IMG/VR virus record: IMGVR_UViG_3300029955_000018
Location: 7,898-71,897 of that record
Reading direction: 5' to 3' (one strand)
DNA from: a virus
DNA: 64,000 nt
The notes under the pieces are model-generated. The model had not been told where the DNA came from. It saw only the letters and a list, made by a program, of their open reading frames with translations, and searched no databases. Positions within the stretch are counted from its first letter, which is position 1. The number at the start of each line of letters is the position of its first letter. This document shows, in pieces, positions 48,402-61,100 of the stretch. The translations under genes were made by a program, and so were the position numbers.

Positions 48402-49082
48402 TTACAGTCTTTCCGCGATGAGGAGAAGCGCCGGCAGTAGTCCCTTGAAAAAGTCGTCCACCTTCTGCTTTCTCGTTCGCGGCGGCGGGTGAAAAAACTT
48501 CATATCCAGGCTGTGGGTGGCGTCGTGGAAGTCGGCCGCGATCGCGTTCACGTTTCCCGCGAACTGCGGGGCCTCTTTGCGGACCGTTTCCATCGTCTGT
48601 GCGGTTTGCGTGGCGGCCACTTCGCCCGACTGCAGCAGTCCTCGCACGTCATCGTAGCTGTCGTCCCAGGAATCCTGCGCGTCTTTCACCAAAGCGGCGG
48701 AGGCTGCCAGCGTCGGTTGGAGGTCCTGCCGGATGCCGGCGGCCGTCCGGAGCGCTTCACCGGTTCGCGCGTCCACCAGGTGGAGCGTGGCGTCGTAGCG
48801 GCCGAGTGCGTCCCCGATGCGCCGGTCGGTGGAATATAACAAATTTGTGATATCGCGCCGGATCCCGGTAGTCTGCTTGTCCACTTCCGCCAGCACGGGC
48901 TTGGTCACCAGCGGAATAATATTCTTCGGTAATTTCTGGACCGCCGCCTGCAGGGCCGTCACGCGGGCCGGCAAGGTGGCCCAGGAGTCCAACATGCTGG
49001 CAGTATGGATTGTCAGCACGATGGCACAGGCCGCCATGGACAATAGAGCCGTTGCGGCGGCGATGGAGAGTAGTTTTCTCAT
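48402..49082 (-). CDS. Membrane-anchored coiled-coil protein (spanin-like position)
   Basis: N-terminal TM segment, helical body. Confidence 0.5.
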   Translation of the reverse strand: MRKLLSIAAATALLSMAACAIVLTIHTASMLDSWATLPARVTALQAAVQKLPKNIIPLVTKPVLAEVDKQTTGIRRDITNLLYSTDRRIGDALGRYDATLHLVDARTGEALRTAAGIRQDLQPTLAASAALVKDAQDSWDDSYDDVRGLLQSGEVAATQTAQTMETVRKEAPQFAGNVNAIAADFHDATHSLDMKFFHPPPRTRKQKVDDFFKGLLPALLLIAERL

Positions 49083-49110
49083 GGGGAAGTACGACAAAAG
49101 AGCTTGCTTA

Positions 49111-52100
49111 TTATTCGAGCAGCCCCGCGCGCTCCATCTTGTCCAATTGACGGTGCAGCTCGGACGGAGAATCCGTCTTCATAGCCGCCTGCAACTTCCT
49201 GTCCAACAGGACATCGGTGCGCCCGCGCTCTTCGGGATTCATGAGCCTGGAGGCTTCGATGGCGATAGTGAGCGGTAGCCGGTCGTATTCGGCCACCAGC
49301 GGATCCGTCTGCGCGGCTTTCATGGCGCGTTCCATTTGCCGGTCGGTGATTTTGCCTTCCTTCGTGCCCTTCTCGGCGATCTCGATAGCCTTCGCCCAGT
49401 TGTTCGCGCGGATGGCCTTCTCCATGTCCCGCTCCAGTTTTTGTGCTTCGGTGGGGGTTTCCGCGCGGCTATGCTCGGCCGAGTACTGCGCCATGTAGCG
49501 CTCGGCGGCGCTGCGGGTGATGTACGCCGGCGCCGTGCGCGTCCCCAGCATCTGGCCAGCCTGCATGCCGGCTCCGGCGCCGCGCTCTTTCTCGCGCAGC
49601 AATCCGGAGATCGACATCGGCAGGAAAAAGGAGCCGAGGTGCTTCAATTCCGAAAGTACGTTCTCGGGGACCGTGTTGTTCTCGCCGTCCCAGATTCTTT
49701 CGTTGTAGAAATTCCGGTTGGCCGTGGTCTCGGCGATCCAGCGCACGATGGGGCTCAGCTTATTGCGCGCCGAGGACGTGGGCTCCATGTACCAGGAAAC
49801 CAGGTCCTTGAGATAGCCGGGCAGCGCCATGCGCTCCTCGTGTCCGTGCTCATCGACGTTACCGGTGCGCGGGAAGAAATAATCGCGCCAATCGCGCTCG
49901 TGGCCGTCGTCGATCGATCCGTCCGGCCTGCGCCGGCCTTTGGTATTTACATAGTCGGTGATGGCCCCCATTGTCCCGGTCAGCAGGATGAGAGCCAGGG
50001 CGTAGGCCATGCGGCGGGTGAATTGCGGATTGCCTGGATGCGGCGGTGCGCCGGCCGGTCCCGCGGACTCCGCGCCGATCCTCCCGGACCCGGATCCACC
50101 GCCAGGACCGCGGCTGCCGTCATTGCCGCCCATGTCCCGGATGTACCGGCCCAGGTCGACGGCCGCGCCGCCCAGTTCCCGCACGGTTCCCAGGTTCCAG
50201 CCTACGGATTGCACCGTAATCATCATGAGATCCTTCGCCGTGCGGTTCCAGAAGAGATCGTCATAGACCAACTGGCCCATGCGATTGTCTACCGAGTCCC
50301 ACGCGCCGGCGAAGGCTTCGCGCACCTGCTCCCGCGTGGCGCCGGGCCCCATCCGTTGCAACTCGAAGTCCACCATGTCGGCGTACATGCCGAGTTTCAT
50401 GCGGGGCACCAGCCATTCGAGCACCGGCCACATGGCCAGTTCCGCCAAAGCGGGGATGCCGGTCAAAGCGATCATGCCCGTGTTGTGCTTGCGCCAGGCG
50501 TCCATAAACACCCGCCGCAGATTGGTGCGGTACTGCGCGTCCATCGAGACCCGGCCGCCGCCCTGCACGATGGCTTCGACATATTTCGAAAGCTCGGGAT
50601 CGTTGAGCGCTTCACGCAGGTAGGCGTTGCGAATCTTGTTGCCGCGGATGAGGTTCGTCACCGGAGCCAGCGGAACCGCGACCGCCTGTTTGGCCGCCTC
50701 GAGCGGTTTGCCGGCCGCCAGATACTGGATGGCCAGCGCCAGCTTGGACACGCCGGCGTCCATGGTGACGAATCCCGCGTGGAAGCCCGAAAAGCCCAGG
50801 GCGAACTGCAACATCATGTTCGACGCGCCGCGGAGTACCTGATACCAGGGTTTATTGCTCAACCCGGGGGAAAGATAGTTGCCGATAATCTGGGCGGCTC
50901 CCGAGGGCATGTAATAGTTGCCCGTCTGGATGAATCCTCCGGTGGGATACTCCGTCGTGTGTTTCACGATCTGCATGCCGTAGTTCAGTTTGTTGAGCGG
51001 CGCCAGTTCCGGGTGCGCGGCGATGAAGTTTTGGAACCAGGCAAACGTCTTGGGCGCGACCCGCTCGAAGGCCTTGGGGGCGTGCCCATAAGCCGCGATC
51101 ATGTTGGCGATCTTCTCTTCGCCGCGGCGGATGTAACTCTGGAAATACGCCGTATCGTTGCCCACCAGGCGGAGGTCGGCCAGTTTGCGCAGTTCCTCTT
51201 TGTAGTCCGGATCCTTGACGAGCTGGTCCGCGATGCCGTACTTCCAGTCCATCAGGTGGCCCAGTTCGTGCAGAATTACCGACTCCGGGCCCGCGAACCG
51301 GGTCTTGGCTTTGTTGCCGCCCTTGTAAGCCCGTCCCCAGGCGCTGCGCATCTTGGCTACGCGCTCGACGGTCATGCCGAGGTCTTTGGCCAGAGCGAGC
51401 AGGGTATCCATGAACTGCTTATCGTGGCCCTCGGGAATACGTAGGAACGGGGGCGCCCACACGGTGCCGATCTGGTCGGGAATCTTCACCCAACCCTCCG
51501 GCGGTTTCTTATTGCTCATGGCCCCGACGAACTTCGCCAGGCCGATCTCCTTCATCTCGTTCAGGAAGCGATGCGCCAGGATGTAGCGCTCCATTTCCTT
51601 GGCCTTGAGGAGCACCAGGTCCACGGGATTCTCGGACACGGGCACGAGGCCCTTATCGACGCCCTCCTGGAAGCTCTGGAATTTACGCTGCTTCAGGAAC
51701 GCTTTCGTACCTTCGATAGGCCGCTTGCCGAAGATCGCGCGGAAGATGCCCTCGGCTTCCTGGTTGCGTTTCCAAAGATGGGGGAAGTAATTCTCATAGA
51801 AGGTGGTGAGCTTGTTCTTGCCTAACTTCTGGACGGCGATGCGGTGCGAGTCCAGCAACTCGCGCATCGCGTCGGCGATCTGTTGCAAGGCGGCAGTGGG
51901 CTGCGGGTCGCCGGTCTCCACTTTGTTGATGAAATCCAGGTTTTCATCCCAGGTGCGCGTCGAGAACATCTTGCGGGCTTCTTCGAGCGCCTTCTCCGCG
52001 CGGGCGAAGGACTGCGCCGATTGTGCGGCGTGCTCGCGGAGCGAGAGTCCGGCGGTATTGGCGTCGGGGCTCAGGGCGTAGGGGTTGACGTTCTTGCGGA

Positions 52101-55100
52101 TGTCGTCGCGGGCCGACGCGATCGCTGTGGCGGCGCGGCTATCCGGGTACTTTGCGAGGATGGCGTCGAGCAGCGGGCTGGCGTGGACTACGGACGCGCG
52201 GGAACTGCGGGGGGCTGAATGCTCGCCGGCTCGCTCGAAGAGTGGGCCAGTTTGCCGATCGATTCCACCAGTGCGTCTAATTCCGCCAGTTCTTCCGGCG
52301 TCGGGGCCGGCTCGCCGGGGCCCCGCCCAGGCAGGGGCGGCGGGTTTTTCCCATCCCAGGTGGAGTAGGGTAGCCTGTCGCAATCTTGGATCAACATAGT
52401 GAATGATTCCTTTCATCTGGTCCCCATTTGCGCGGACCAGTGCTTCATAGTAAGGGGCAAATACCTTGACAGCTTCTTCCAGTTTCGCAGGATCGTACTC
52501 ACCCGCCGCAAAAGAGGCGCCCAATTCCAAGGCCACGGCCTGCTCCGAGAGCGCCGGGTCGGACGAGGCTTCCTTCTCGAAGGCTCGCAGGTATTCTGGA
52601 TTCTGTTTCAGTGCGGCAAGGTCGACCCAGGCCATGCTGGGGACATCCGCACCGGTGAGGCGATACTGCCAGCGGTGGAATTCCTCCTCACGCCGAGTGG
52701 CGCGAATCTCCTTGGTCGGTCTTTCCGGGCCGCCCTCGACGACAGTTACTGGATCGCCTCCATGCGCAACGGCAGCCTGCATTTCGCGCATGAGGCTCAC
52801 AATGCGGCTCCGAATGGGTGCCGCTTCGGAGCGCGCGATTGTGGCAAGAGAACGGATAGCGCGGCCGAGTTCTTTGGGGCCAAGGGTAACGCCGTGAAAC
52901 TCCTGGCGGGGATAGCCGGCATCTTCTAAGGCGCGCGTAATGAGCGCAGCTCCGGCGCGATTCACGTACACGTGGCCAGGAGCGTTCATAAGCCCCGGTT
53001 CGTACTTTGCGTCCGCGGCTGCGTACTGGCGGGGATCTGTCGCGGCGTAGGGGGACGGCTGGAGCTTCGGGCGGAATAGCGGCTGCCCCTGCATGACGCT
53101 CTCACGCATGGCGGGAGTAATGTCTATCGAATGCAGCTCGCCGGAGACGCGGGGGATCTTTACGGTCCCGACCGTTGCGCCCCATTTCTTGACGTATTTC
53201 GCGGCGTACTGCGGCAGGATCTGGTCATAGAATCCGGCCATGCCTTGGCCGCCCACTGTAAGTCCCTTGCCGGAGAGAGAGTGGCGGTCGTAGGTCCCTT
53301 CGTCCAGCGGGGCTTTCAGTAATCTTTCAGACAATTCCTTGCCGATGTACTCGGGCAGTTCGGTGGCTTCGACTGTTTTATCGACCACATCCTTGCCATC
53401 CTTTACGGCCCAGAAGCGCTTCTCTTCCGGCGAGTAGTGAATGCTGTCGACCTCCTTCGCGAGGTTATAGAGCGCTGCCTGTTGTGAGCCGGTAGTCCAC
53501 GCCAGCTTATCGTATCCGCCTTCCACGGCATGGCGGAGCATGCGGCGGAAAACTAACTCATGCCAGGATTTTGAGAAGGGGGCTAGGGGCACTCTCCCTT
53601 CTTCCGCTCGTGATGCGAATTCTCGGGCCTCTTGCTCGGTGGGGAGGTTGGGGCCCCAGATACCGACCGCGCTGCGTCCGCCATCTGCCGTATCGACTAC
53701 GGCATAGCCAATCGAAGTTGATCTCCAGCTGCGGACCTCGGGATACTCACGTGCCGCTTCCGAAATAGGCATGATGCGCCAATTCGGATTGATCTGGCCG
53801 CGATACCCCCTCTTCCGTCCAGCCTCGTGCCAATCGCTCTGGTTTTCCTGCATGACGGCGACTTTCTTGCCATCTGCCGTAGTGTAGTCGCTCATGCGCA
53901 GGTGCGCGACGACGCTGGGTTCGTCCCAGTGAGGGGATTGGTATCCCCGCTCAGCGATCGGGGGATTCGGAAGGGTCAAAGCCAGAGGAGATTGATAACC
54001 CAACTCGGCGGTTGGATGTTGTGGCAGCGTCAGTAGTACCTCGCGGTAGTTCTGACCGCCAGGAAGTTTATACTTCTGGAACTTGGTCGGCTCGCCCGTG
54101 CCTTCTTTAGCCTTTGCCAGATCGCTTTCGATGCGGGCGATGTTTGACTGTGCGGCTCTCGCGGCCTGCGAATCCGATACAGGGACGTTCGCCGTCACTC
54201 CGGTTAGCCAGGGATGCTGGGCGGCGGCCTTCAGTTCGGCAATGAACTTATCGCTCCGACCGGAGCGCTCGCCCCCAAACGTGTCGACCTTCTTCCAGAC
54301 GAGCAGGCCGTGTGAGTTTGGCTGCGCCTCGTAGATACGGCCTTCGGAATACGAATAGCCTCCCTTGCTGGGCGCGTGGCCCACTGTGGCGATGCGGTCG
54401 CCCGCTTTGAACTTGAGGCCCTCTTCGGATTTCGCGGCTTCGACGGCTTGCGTCAATTGCGATTGCAGTTCGGCGATCCTTGCTTGATCGACGTCCTTGC
54501 CATGGACTGTTTCGTGGACTTCCACGGCGTTCTGCTTCACGAAGTCCATTACTTCCTGCTTGGTGACAGGCCCGTGATGCCCGTTCAGGAAGTCGTCGAT
54601 TCCGGTCCATTTTCTTTCATCGGGCTTGACGCCATTCTGCGGGTTATCCAGGATGCCTTTCACCTGCGAAGGCATCGCGCGCGCCGGCATCTTCGCTTCG
54701 ATGGTGCGCTCTAGTTGGGAGTAGAAGCCGGGGACGGCGCGGGAGTAGAGGGGGCCTGGGCCTTCGTTCGGCTTGCTCCCGGTCCAGAAGGAATGCCCCA
54801 GTTCTCGGAGCCCGCTCTCCGGGCCGGTCTCGCCCGATGGCTGGCGCTCGGCCACGGCCACATAATATTGCCGCCCCGCTTTTCCTTCGGGCCCGAAGGG
54901 GTCGGATACGCTCGCGTGCCGGTCGTCCTGAATCAGCAGGCTGCGATCTGCCGGCGTGATGTTGTTCGGATCGGCGTGCCGCGACAGCGTGACCTTCTGC
55001 TCCCGCGAGAGATCGAGGGCGGCGTCGTCGAACTGCCGCTTCGAAAGCCGAGGCAGAGCGCGACGGAGTTGCACGGTCGATATGGGATCGCCTGAAAAGG

Positions 55101-58100
55101 TTTGAAGCTTGCGGACAGCCGCGAGCATGGCGGTGGCTGCACGGGTTGGAGCCGGCGCCATCTCTTGCAATCTGGCCTGGACATCCTGTTTCCCTTTCAG
55201 GGAAAGGTTGCCATGGCGGGCGTCGTCCGGGAGCGGACCGCGGCCTTCGAGATAGCGCCGATACTCTTCGGCGTAGCGTCTCTTGTCGGGATTCTCGATG
55301 CTTGCGATATATGCGGTGGCTGTGCCGCGCGGGATCGCTATCACCTCGCGAAGAGCCCCCGGATCCTCGGATTCCTGAAACGCGCCATCGTAGCCGCGCC
55401 TCTTTAATAGTTCAACGGCGATGGCGTCGACAATCCCACTGAGATCGCTCGTCGCCCGCCCGCGCTCGATTGCTGCATGAAGCGCCGCTTCCGGGATGCC
55501 AAGCTCTTCGGAGAGGTAGTCGGCATTGTCACCATGCTCATATCCCTGGGCAATGTCCTCGATTTCGTTTTGGGGTATCGGCGAAAGCGCCTTTAAGACC
55601 TGCGACCCGAGGGGTGTCGGGTACATCCACGCGCGTTCCTCGTAAGGTAAAACGAGCGGATTCGTAAAGCTAACAGTCGTGCTGATTTTATGGTACCCGG
55701 CCGTGTCGGGATTGTTTGCTGGATCGTAGGGGTTCCGGGTTCTTGCGCCCTCGTTGTCTGCTAGATACCATGTGGCTCCGGTCGTATTCTCGGGTTCCCC
55801 TGGCGACGGTTGCCACCGAATGACGTTAATCTGGGTCTTCGACACCGCCGGCGGCGCCGCCGGGTCCATCGACTCGGCGCTCTCTTCCTCTTCGTCCTTG
55901 GGCTCCGGTTCCTTTTCGGGTTCCTCCGGGGCCTTCTCCTGCTCCATGCCCTGCGTGCCGGCCGTATTCTTGTTGAGGTCCAGCCCGTTATTCAGTTCCG
56001 TCTGGCGCTTCAGCAGGCGCTGTAATTCGGCCTCGTGCTCAAAGGGCCGCGCCAGCAGCTCGCGGATTTCTTTCCCTTTCTTGTCCTGCTCCTCGATCCG
56101 CTTCCGCAAGCGGTCGATGTCGCCGTCGATGCCTTCCACGTGGTAGCGGATCGACGCCAGCGTGCCGATGGGGTTGCCCTCCTCGTTGGTGGAGGCCGCG
56201 TATTTGCCGGAGCCTTTGATGACCAGGTTGGCCAGATTGTAGGTGCGCTTGTTGTCCTTGTCGGTGTAACCGCGCCCGCTCGAAGTCGTGAAGATACCGA
56301 GCCCGCGGTATATGCCCAGGCGGATGGCGGGCCAGTTGGAGGTTACGTCGCTATCCGCGTTGGCGTACTCCGAGTGGAATTTCTTGGCCTCTTCCTCGAT
56401 CTCCTTCAGGCGCGCTTTGCTGCCCTTGACGTAGGCTTCGCCTTCCACCGCGGCGGCCAGCTTGGCGGCGTCGAGCCGCTTCATCAGGTCGAGGTATCGC
56501 GGGTGGTACTCGTTGTACACCGCCTGGTGGGCCGCCTCGAACCGGTCGCGGTCCGCTTCCAGCATGGCGTGAAGCCTGGCGCCGGCGCGGGCGGCGGCTT
56601 CGTCGCCCTCGAACGTCTCGCCGTCGAAATGCCACAACTTATCCGCCGCGTCCTTCGTCGCCTTGTCGGCTTCGAGCTGTTCCAACTCGGCGCGCATATT
56701 CTCGGATGCGCGGGGAGCCTGGGCGGCGTCGCGACGCATCTGATACCGTTCGTTCTCGTAGGCGCTGCGCAGGGTATCCAGTCTGCGGACCATGGTGTCC
56801 GTCAGGATCTTCTCTTTGACCAGCGGGTTGCCGGACGCAAGACCTTTCATCTCGGCATACGTCAGGGCCACGCCGTCGACGTCCTCGGCGTTGCGCACTC
56901 CCGCCTTGCCGCTCATCACCTGGGCGATGAAGCGGGCTTTGTTCTCCAGGAGCTGCCACATATACGCATCGAAAGTGCCCTCGGTGATATAGCGGTAGAT
57001 CTGGACTTCCTCGTTCCGGTTGCCTTGCCGCATGATGCGGCCGTCGCGCTGCTCGATATCGGAGGGACGCCAGGGAGCGTCCAGGTGGTGCATGGCGATG
57101 AGGCGCTTCTGCACGTTCATGCCAACGCCCATTTTCTCCGTGGATCCGAATAGGATGCGGATGGCGCCGTCGTTCACCGCGTCGAACAGGGCTTTCTTTT
57201 TCGCGTCGGTGTCGTAGTCGTGGATGAAGGCGATCTGATCCGCCGGGATACCGCGGGCAATCAGCTTGTCGCGGGCATCGGTGTAGACGGAGAATCCGCC
57301 GCCCTCGGGCTTGGGCGTCGAGAGATCGCAGAATACAAGCTGGGTGGCGAGAGTATCGGTGTTGTCCTTCCAGATGTTGTATAGCTTGTCGACGGCTTTG
57401 TTCAGCTTGCTGTCGGGATCGTCGGCGCGCGGTGCCTGCTTCATTGCATGCTTGATGAGGTTCCGCGGCACGCTGATCTCTTTGGCATCGTCGCCGGTGC
57501 CGATACGCACGCGCACGCGGCCCTCGGAATTGCCGTCGTAGGGCTCGGCGGTATACCCTTGCATCGGCTTTTGGGTGTCGGGATCGGTGAAGGCAATGCG
57601 CGAGCCTGCATCGAGTTGCTGCCGGTTCTCAGGCGTCCCCTGCTCCTCGGGCGACTGCGGCACCCATTCCATGGGGTCCACCAGGCGCATATCGAGTGCC
57701 GCCTTGCGCCCGTCGCCGGTAATGGCCAGCATATTATCTGCGCCCTTTTGGAATGCTGCTTTGCCCTTGGGCAGGTGGCTGGCGCGGTAGACCAGGCTGC
57801 CGGGTGTTGTGTCGTCGCCGATATAGCGCTTCTGCGCGTCGGAGGCCTTGGCAATGACCGCGAGAGCCTTGCCGCCCTTCAGTTTGGGGGTCGGCAACTT
57901 GAGCATCTCGGCGCTCTGCACGTCGGCGAACATGCGGAAGGCGGTGGCCAGTTCCGGCAGGTTCACGAATCTGGCGAAGCGCGTGTTCATCCGGTAACCC
58001 GCGCCACTGGGGGCAAGTTCCAGGCTGGTGACAGCCTCGCCGTATTGCGCGGCCCAGGCATCGAAATGTCCGAGGCCGCTTTCCTTCAGGCCCTTGGTAT

Positions 58101-61100
58101 CGAGGAAGCGCATGACCGTATACATCTCGGCCATGGTGTTCGAGATCGGCGTGCCCGTCGCAAAGACCACGCCGGCGCCGCCGCGCTTCCTGGTGAGCCA
58201 CTGGGTCTTCAGGAACATATCGATGGCGCGGTCGGATTCCCGGTTGGGAATGCCGGCGATGCGCGACATCTTGGTGCTGAAGAATAAAGCCTTACTTGCG
58301 TGGGACTCATCGTAGAAGATCTGATCGATACCCAGGTCCTCGAAATTGAGCGTCTTGTCTTTCGTCTCCCGCTTGGCGCGTTTGGTCAGCTTGGCTTCCA
58401 GGCGCTTCTTGGCTTTCTGCAGGTCCTTCACGGTCGGACCCTTTTCGCCCTCGGCCGCTTTCATTTCGTAGATGGCGTCTTCCAGTTCTTTGATCTGCTG
58501 GTCCATCCAGGAGTTGAACGTCGCATCCGCCACCGGCAACTTGGCGAAGGAGGCGTGCGATACGATCACCGCGTCGTAGTCGTTATTGGCGATCTTCGAC
58601 ATGGCTTTCGGACGGGCGGCTCCCGTGAACGTGTCCTTGCCTGCCACGAAGAGATTGGCGTTGGGGTAGAGCTGCGTAAATTCCGTGGCCCACTGCTTCA
58701 CCAGGTGATTGGGCACGATGATGACAGGCTTCTTTGCGATCCCCAGACGCCGCATTTCCATGGCGGCGGCGATCATCTCGTAGGTCTTGCCGGCGCCGAC
58801 GCAATGCGCCAGTAGGGTGTTTCCGCCCTGCAGCATGCGCCACACGGCGTTCAACTGGTGTGGCCGTAACTGAATGGCGGCATTCGAGCCCGGCAGCTTC
58901 AGGTGCGAGCCGTCGAATTCCCGCAGGCGCAGGTTGTTGTAGCCGTCGTTGTAAATCTTCGCGAGACGCGTGGCGCGATCGGTATCTTCCCAAATCCACT
59001 TGCGGAACAGATCTTTGACGAGTTGCTGTTTCTCGCGCAGCGCGGCCGTGGCTATCGGGTCGACTACGGTTTTCTCGCCCTTGGGGTCGTCGGGATCGGG
59101 CTTGCGCACCGTGGGAGTGCGCAGGTTCAGGGACTCTTCCACCAGGTGGTGGCCCTTCCATCCGTTGGCCTTCAGTCCGTACTCGGTTTCGTTGCGGGTA
59201 TCGAGGACGCCGCTCGTGGGGTTGACGTTCCAGGTGGCGATGGCTTCGGAGTGGCCGATGGTCGCGGTCACGCCCAGCTTCTCCTGCAGAAACTGCGCAA
59301 TCACGTCTTTCGGGATCCACGTGCCGGCGAGGCGCGCATCGATATCGCCCGGGCCGAGATCGTCGGGTTGTACACGCTTTAGGGCTTCGATGTTGGGTTC
59401 GTAGGTGGGATCGGTCTCGGTGGCGGCGATAGCGGCCTTCAGCTTGTCGCGCACCTTGCCGCTCAGGTATTCGTCGGCGGTTTCAAAGGCCCCGCCCTCG
59501 GGGTTGCGGTAGACCAGGCCGGCGTCGACGAGCGCTTTCTCGGCTTCCTCCCGCTCCATCCCGGTGAGCATCTGGATCCGCTTCCAGTTGATGCCGCCGT
59601 ATTCGTTGAGCGCGATCGCGAGAGCTGCGGCGGCGTCAGGTGCAGTCTCGGGTGGGACGTAGCCTACGTTGGTCGACTTGCGGAAGATATCGGATTTACT
59701 GGCGGTGGCCGCTCGTAGGACGATGCGCGGCTTTTTCTTTCCTGCAGCCGTCACGCCGCCGTCTGCGGTAGCACCAGGGGTATAGTCTTCGAGGCCCAGT
59801 ATGCCGGGCGCGTCGGGATCGCCACGAAAGGCGATGATATTGTCGCGGCTGTTCAGCGGTCCGTGGGGGCGAGTGAACGAGTCGTAGGCTTTGTTGAGCA
59901 GCTTGCGGGCGGCCTCCTGCTCGCTCTCGGGGGCCTTCTCCTGCTGCGCGCGCAGCACGTTGCGCCAGGCGTCACGGATGACCAGGATGCCACGCACGCG
60001 CATGGTCTTGGTGGCGTCGAGGCCTGCGGGCTTCAATTCGTTGCCGTCGCGGACCAGTAGCTGGCCGTCTTTGTGGATGTAGCCACCGTCCTTCACGACA
60101 CTCGGGTCCGGGAGGTCGCTCAGTGGCCTGCGGAGGTCGGGCTCCGCTTCGGCTTTCGGCTCGGGCTTCTCGATAACGCCCTTCGGTAGCTTGCCGATGG
60201 CCTGCTTCAGCAGTTCGGGAGTGAGATTACCTTCGAGCGCGTTCACCTGCCGGCCCTGGTATCCCTGGCGTACAATCATCGAGCCCATCATCATCTCGGG
60301 ATGCTTGACGAAATACTCGTTGATCGGAATCTTTACCTTGCCGCTGCCCCAGTTGGTGCGCTTGTCCGGTGCTTCGACTTCTTGGGTATCTACCCAGGGT
60401 TCGCCTGCAGGCCCGGTGCCTGGAGCGCGCTTGCGCAGGAAGATAATATCGGTAGTTACCTGGGTGCCGGCGTTCTCTTTGAACGCGTTGTGTGGCAGGC
60501 GGATGGCGCCCAGCAGATCGGCGTGCTCGGCGAGGTACTGGCGCACGCGCGGGTTGACGGCGTCCATCGTGTGGGAACTGGTGACGAAAGCCACCACGCC
60601 GCCCTCGCGCACCTTCGCGAGAGCCTTGGCAAAGAAATAGTTGTGGATCGAGAATCCCTCGGCGGGAGTGCCGCGGAATTCGGTGTCGGCCACTCCGTAG
60701 TTGCCGAAGGGCACGTTGCCGATCGCCACGTCGAAGAAGTCATTGGCGAGCGGGACTTTCTCGAATCCCGAGATTTTGACGTTGGATCCAGGATAGAGCA
60801 GCTTGGCGATACCGCCGGTGACGGGATCGAGGTCGATGCCGGTGCGAGTGCCGGAGTCGCGGAGGTCCTCGGGCTCCATACCGAAGAAGTTGCCGGATCC
60901 GATAGACGGTTCCAGCGTGCGCTCGCCACCTTGCATGCCCAGGTGCTTCATGGCGTCCCACATGGCTTTGACCACCATCGGGGCGGTGTAGTGGGCGTTG
61001 ACAGTGGACCCGGCGGCAAACTTGAATTCGTCCGGAGTCAGCAGCTCGTCGAGCGCTTTCCGGATGGGCTTCATGTCCTGCGGGATTTCCCAGTCGTTGC

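Noticed and set aside
53933-54035. Short internal duplication LTLP..P.AE.GYQSP in the giant protein
   Set aside because: Real but degenerate local duplication with no evident significance.
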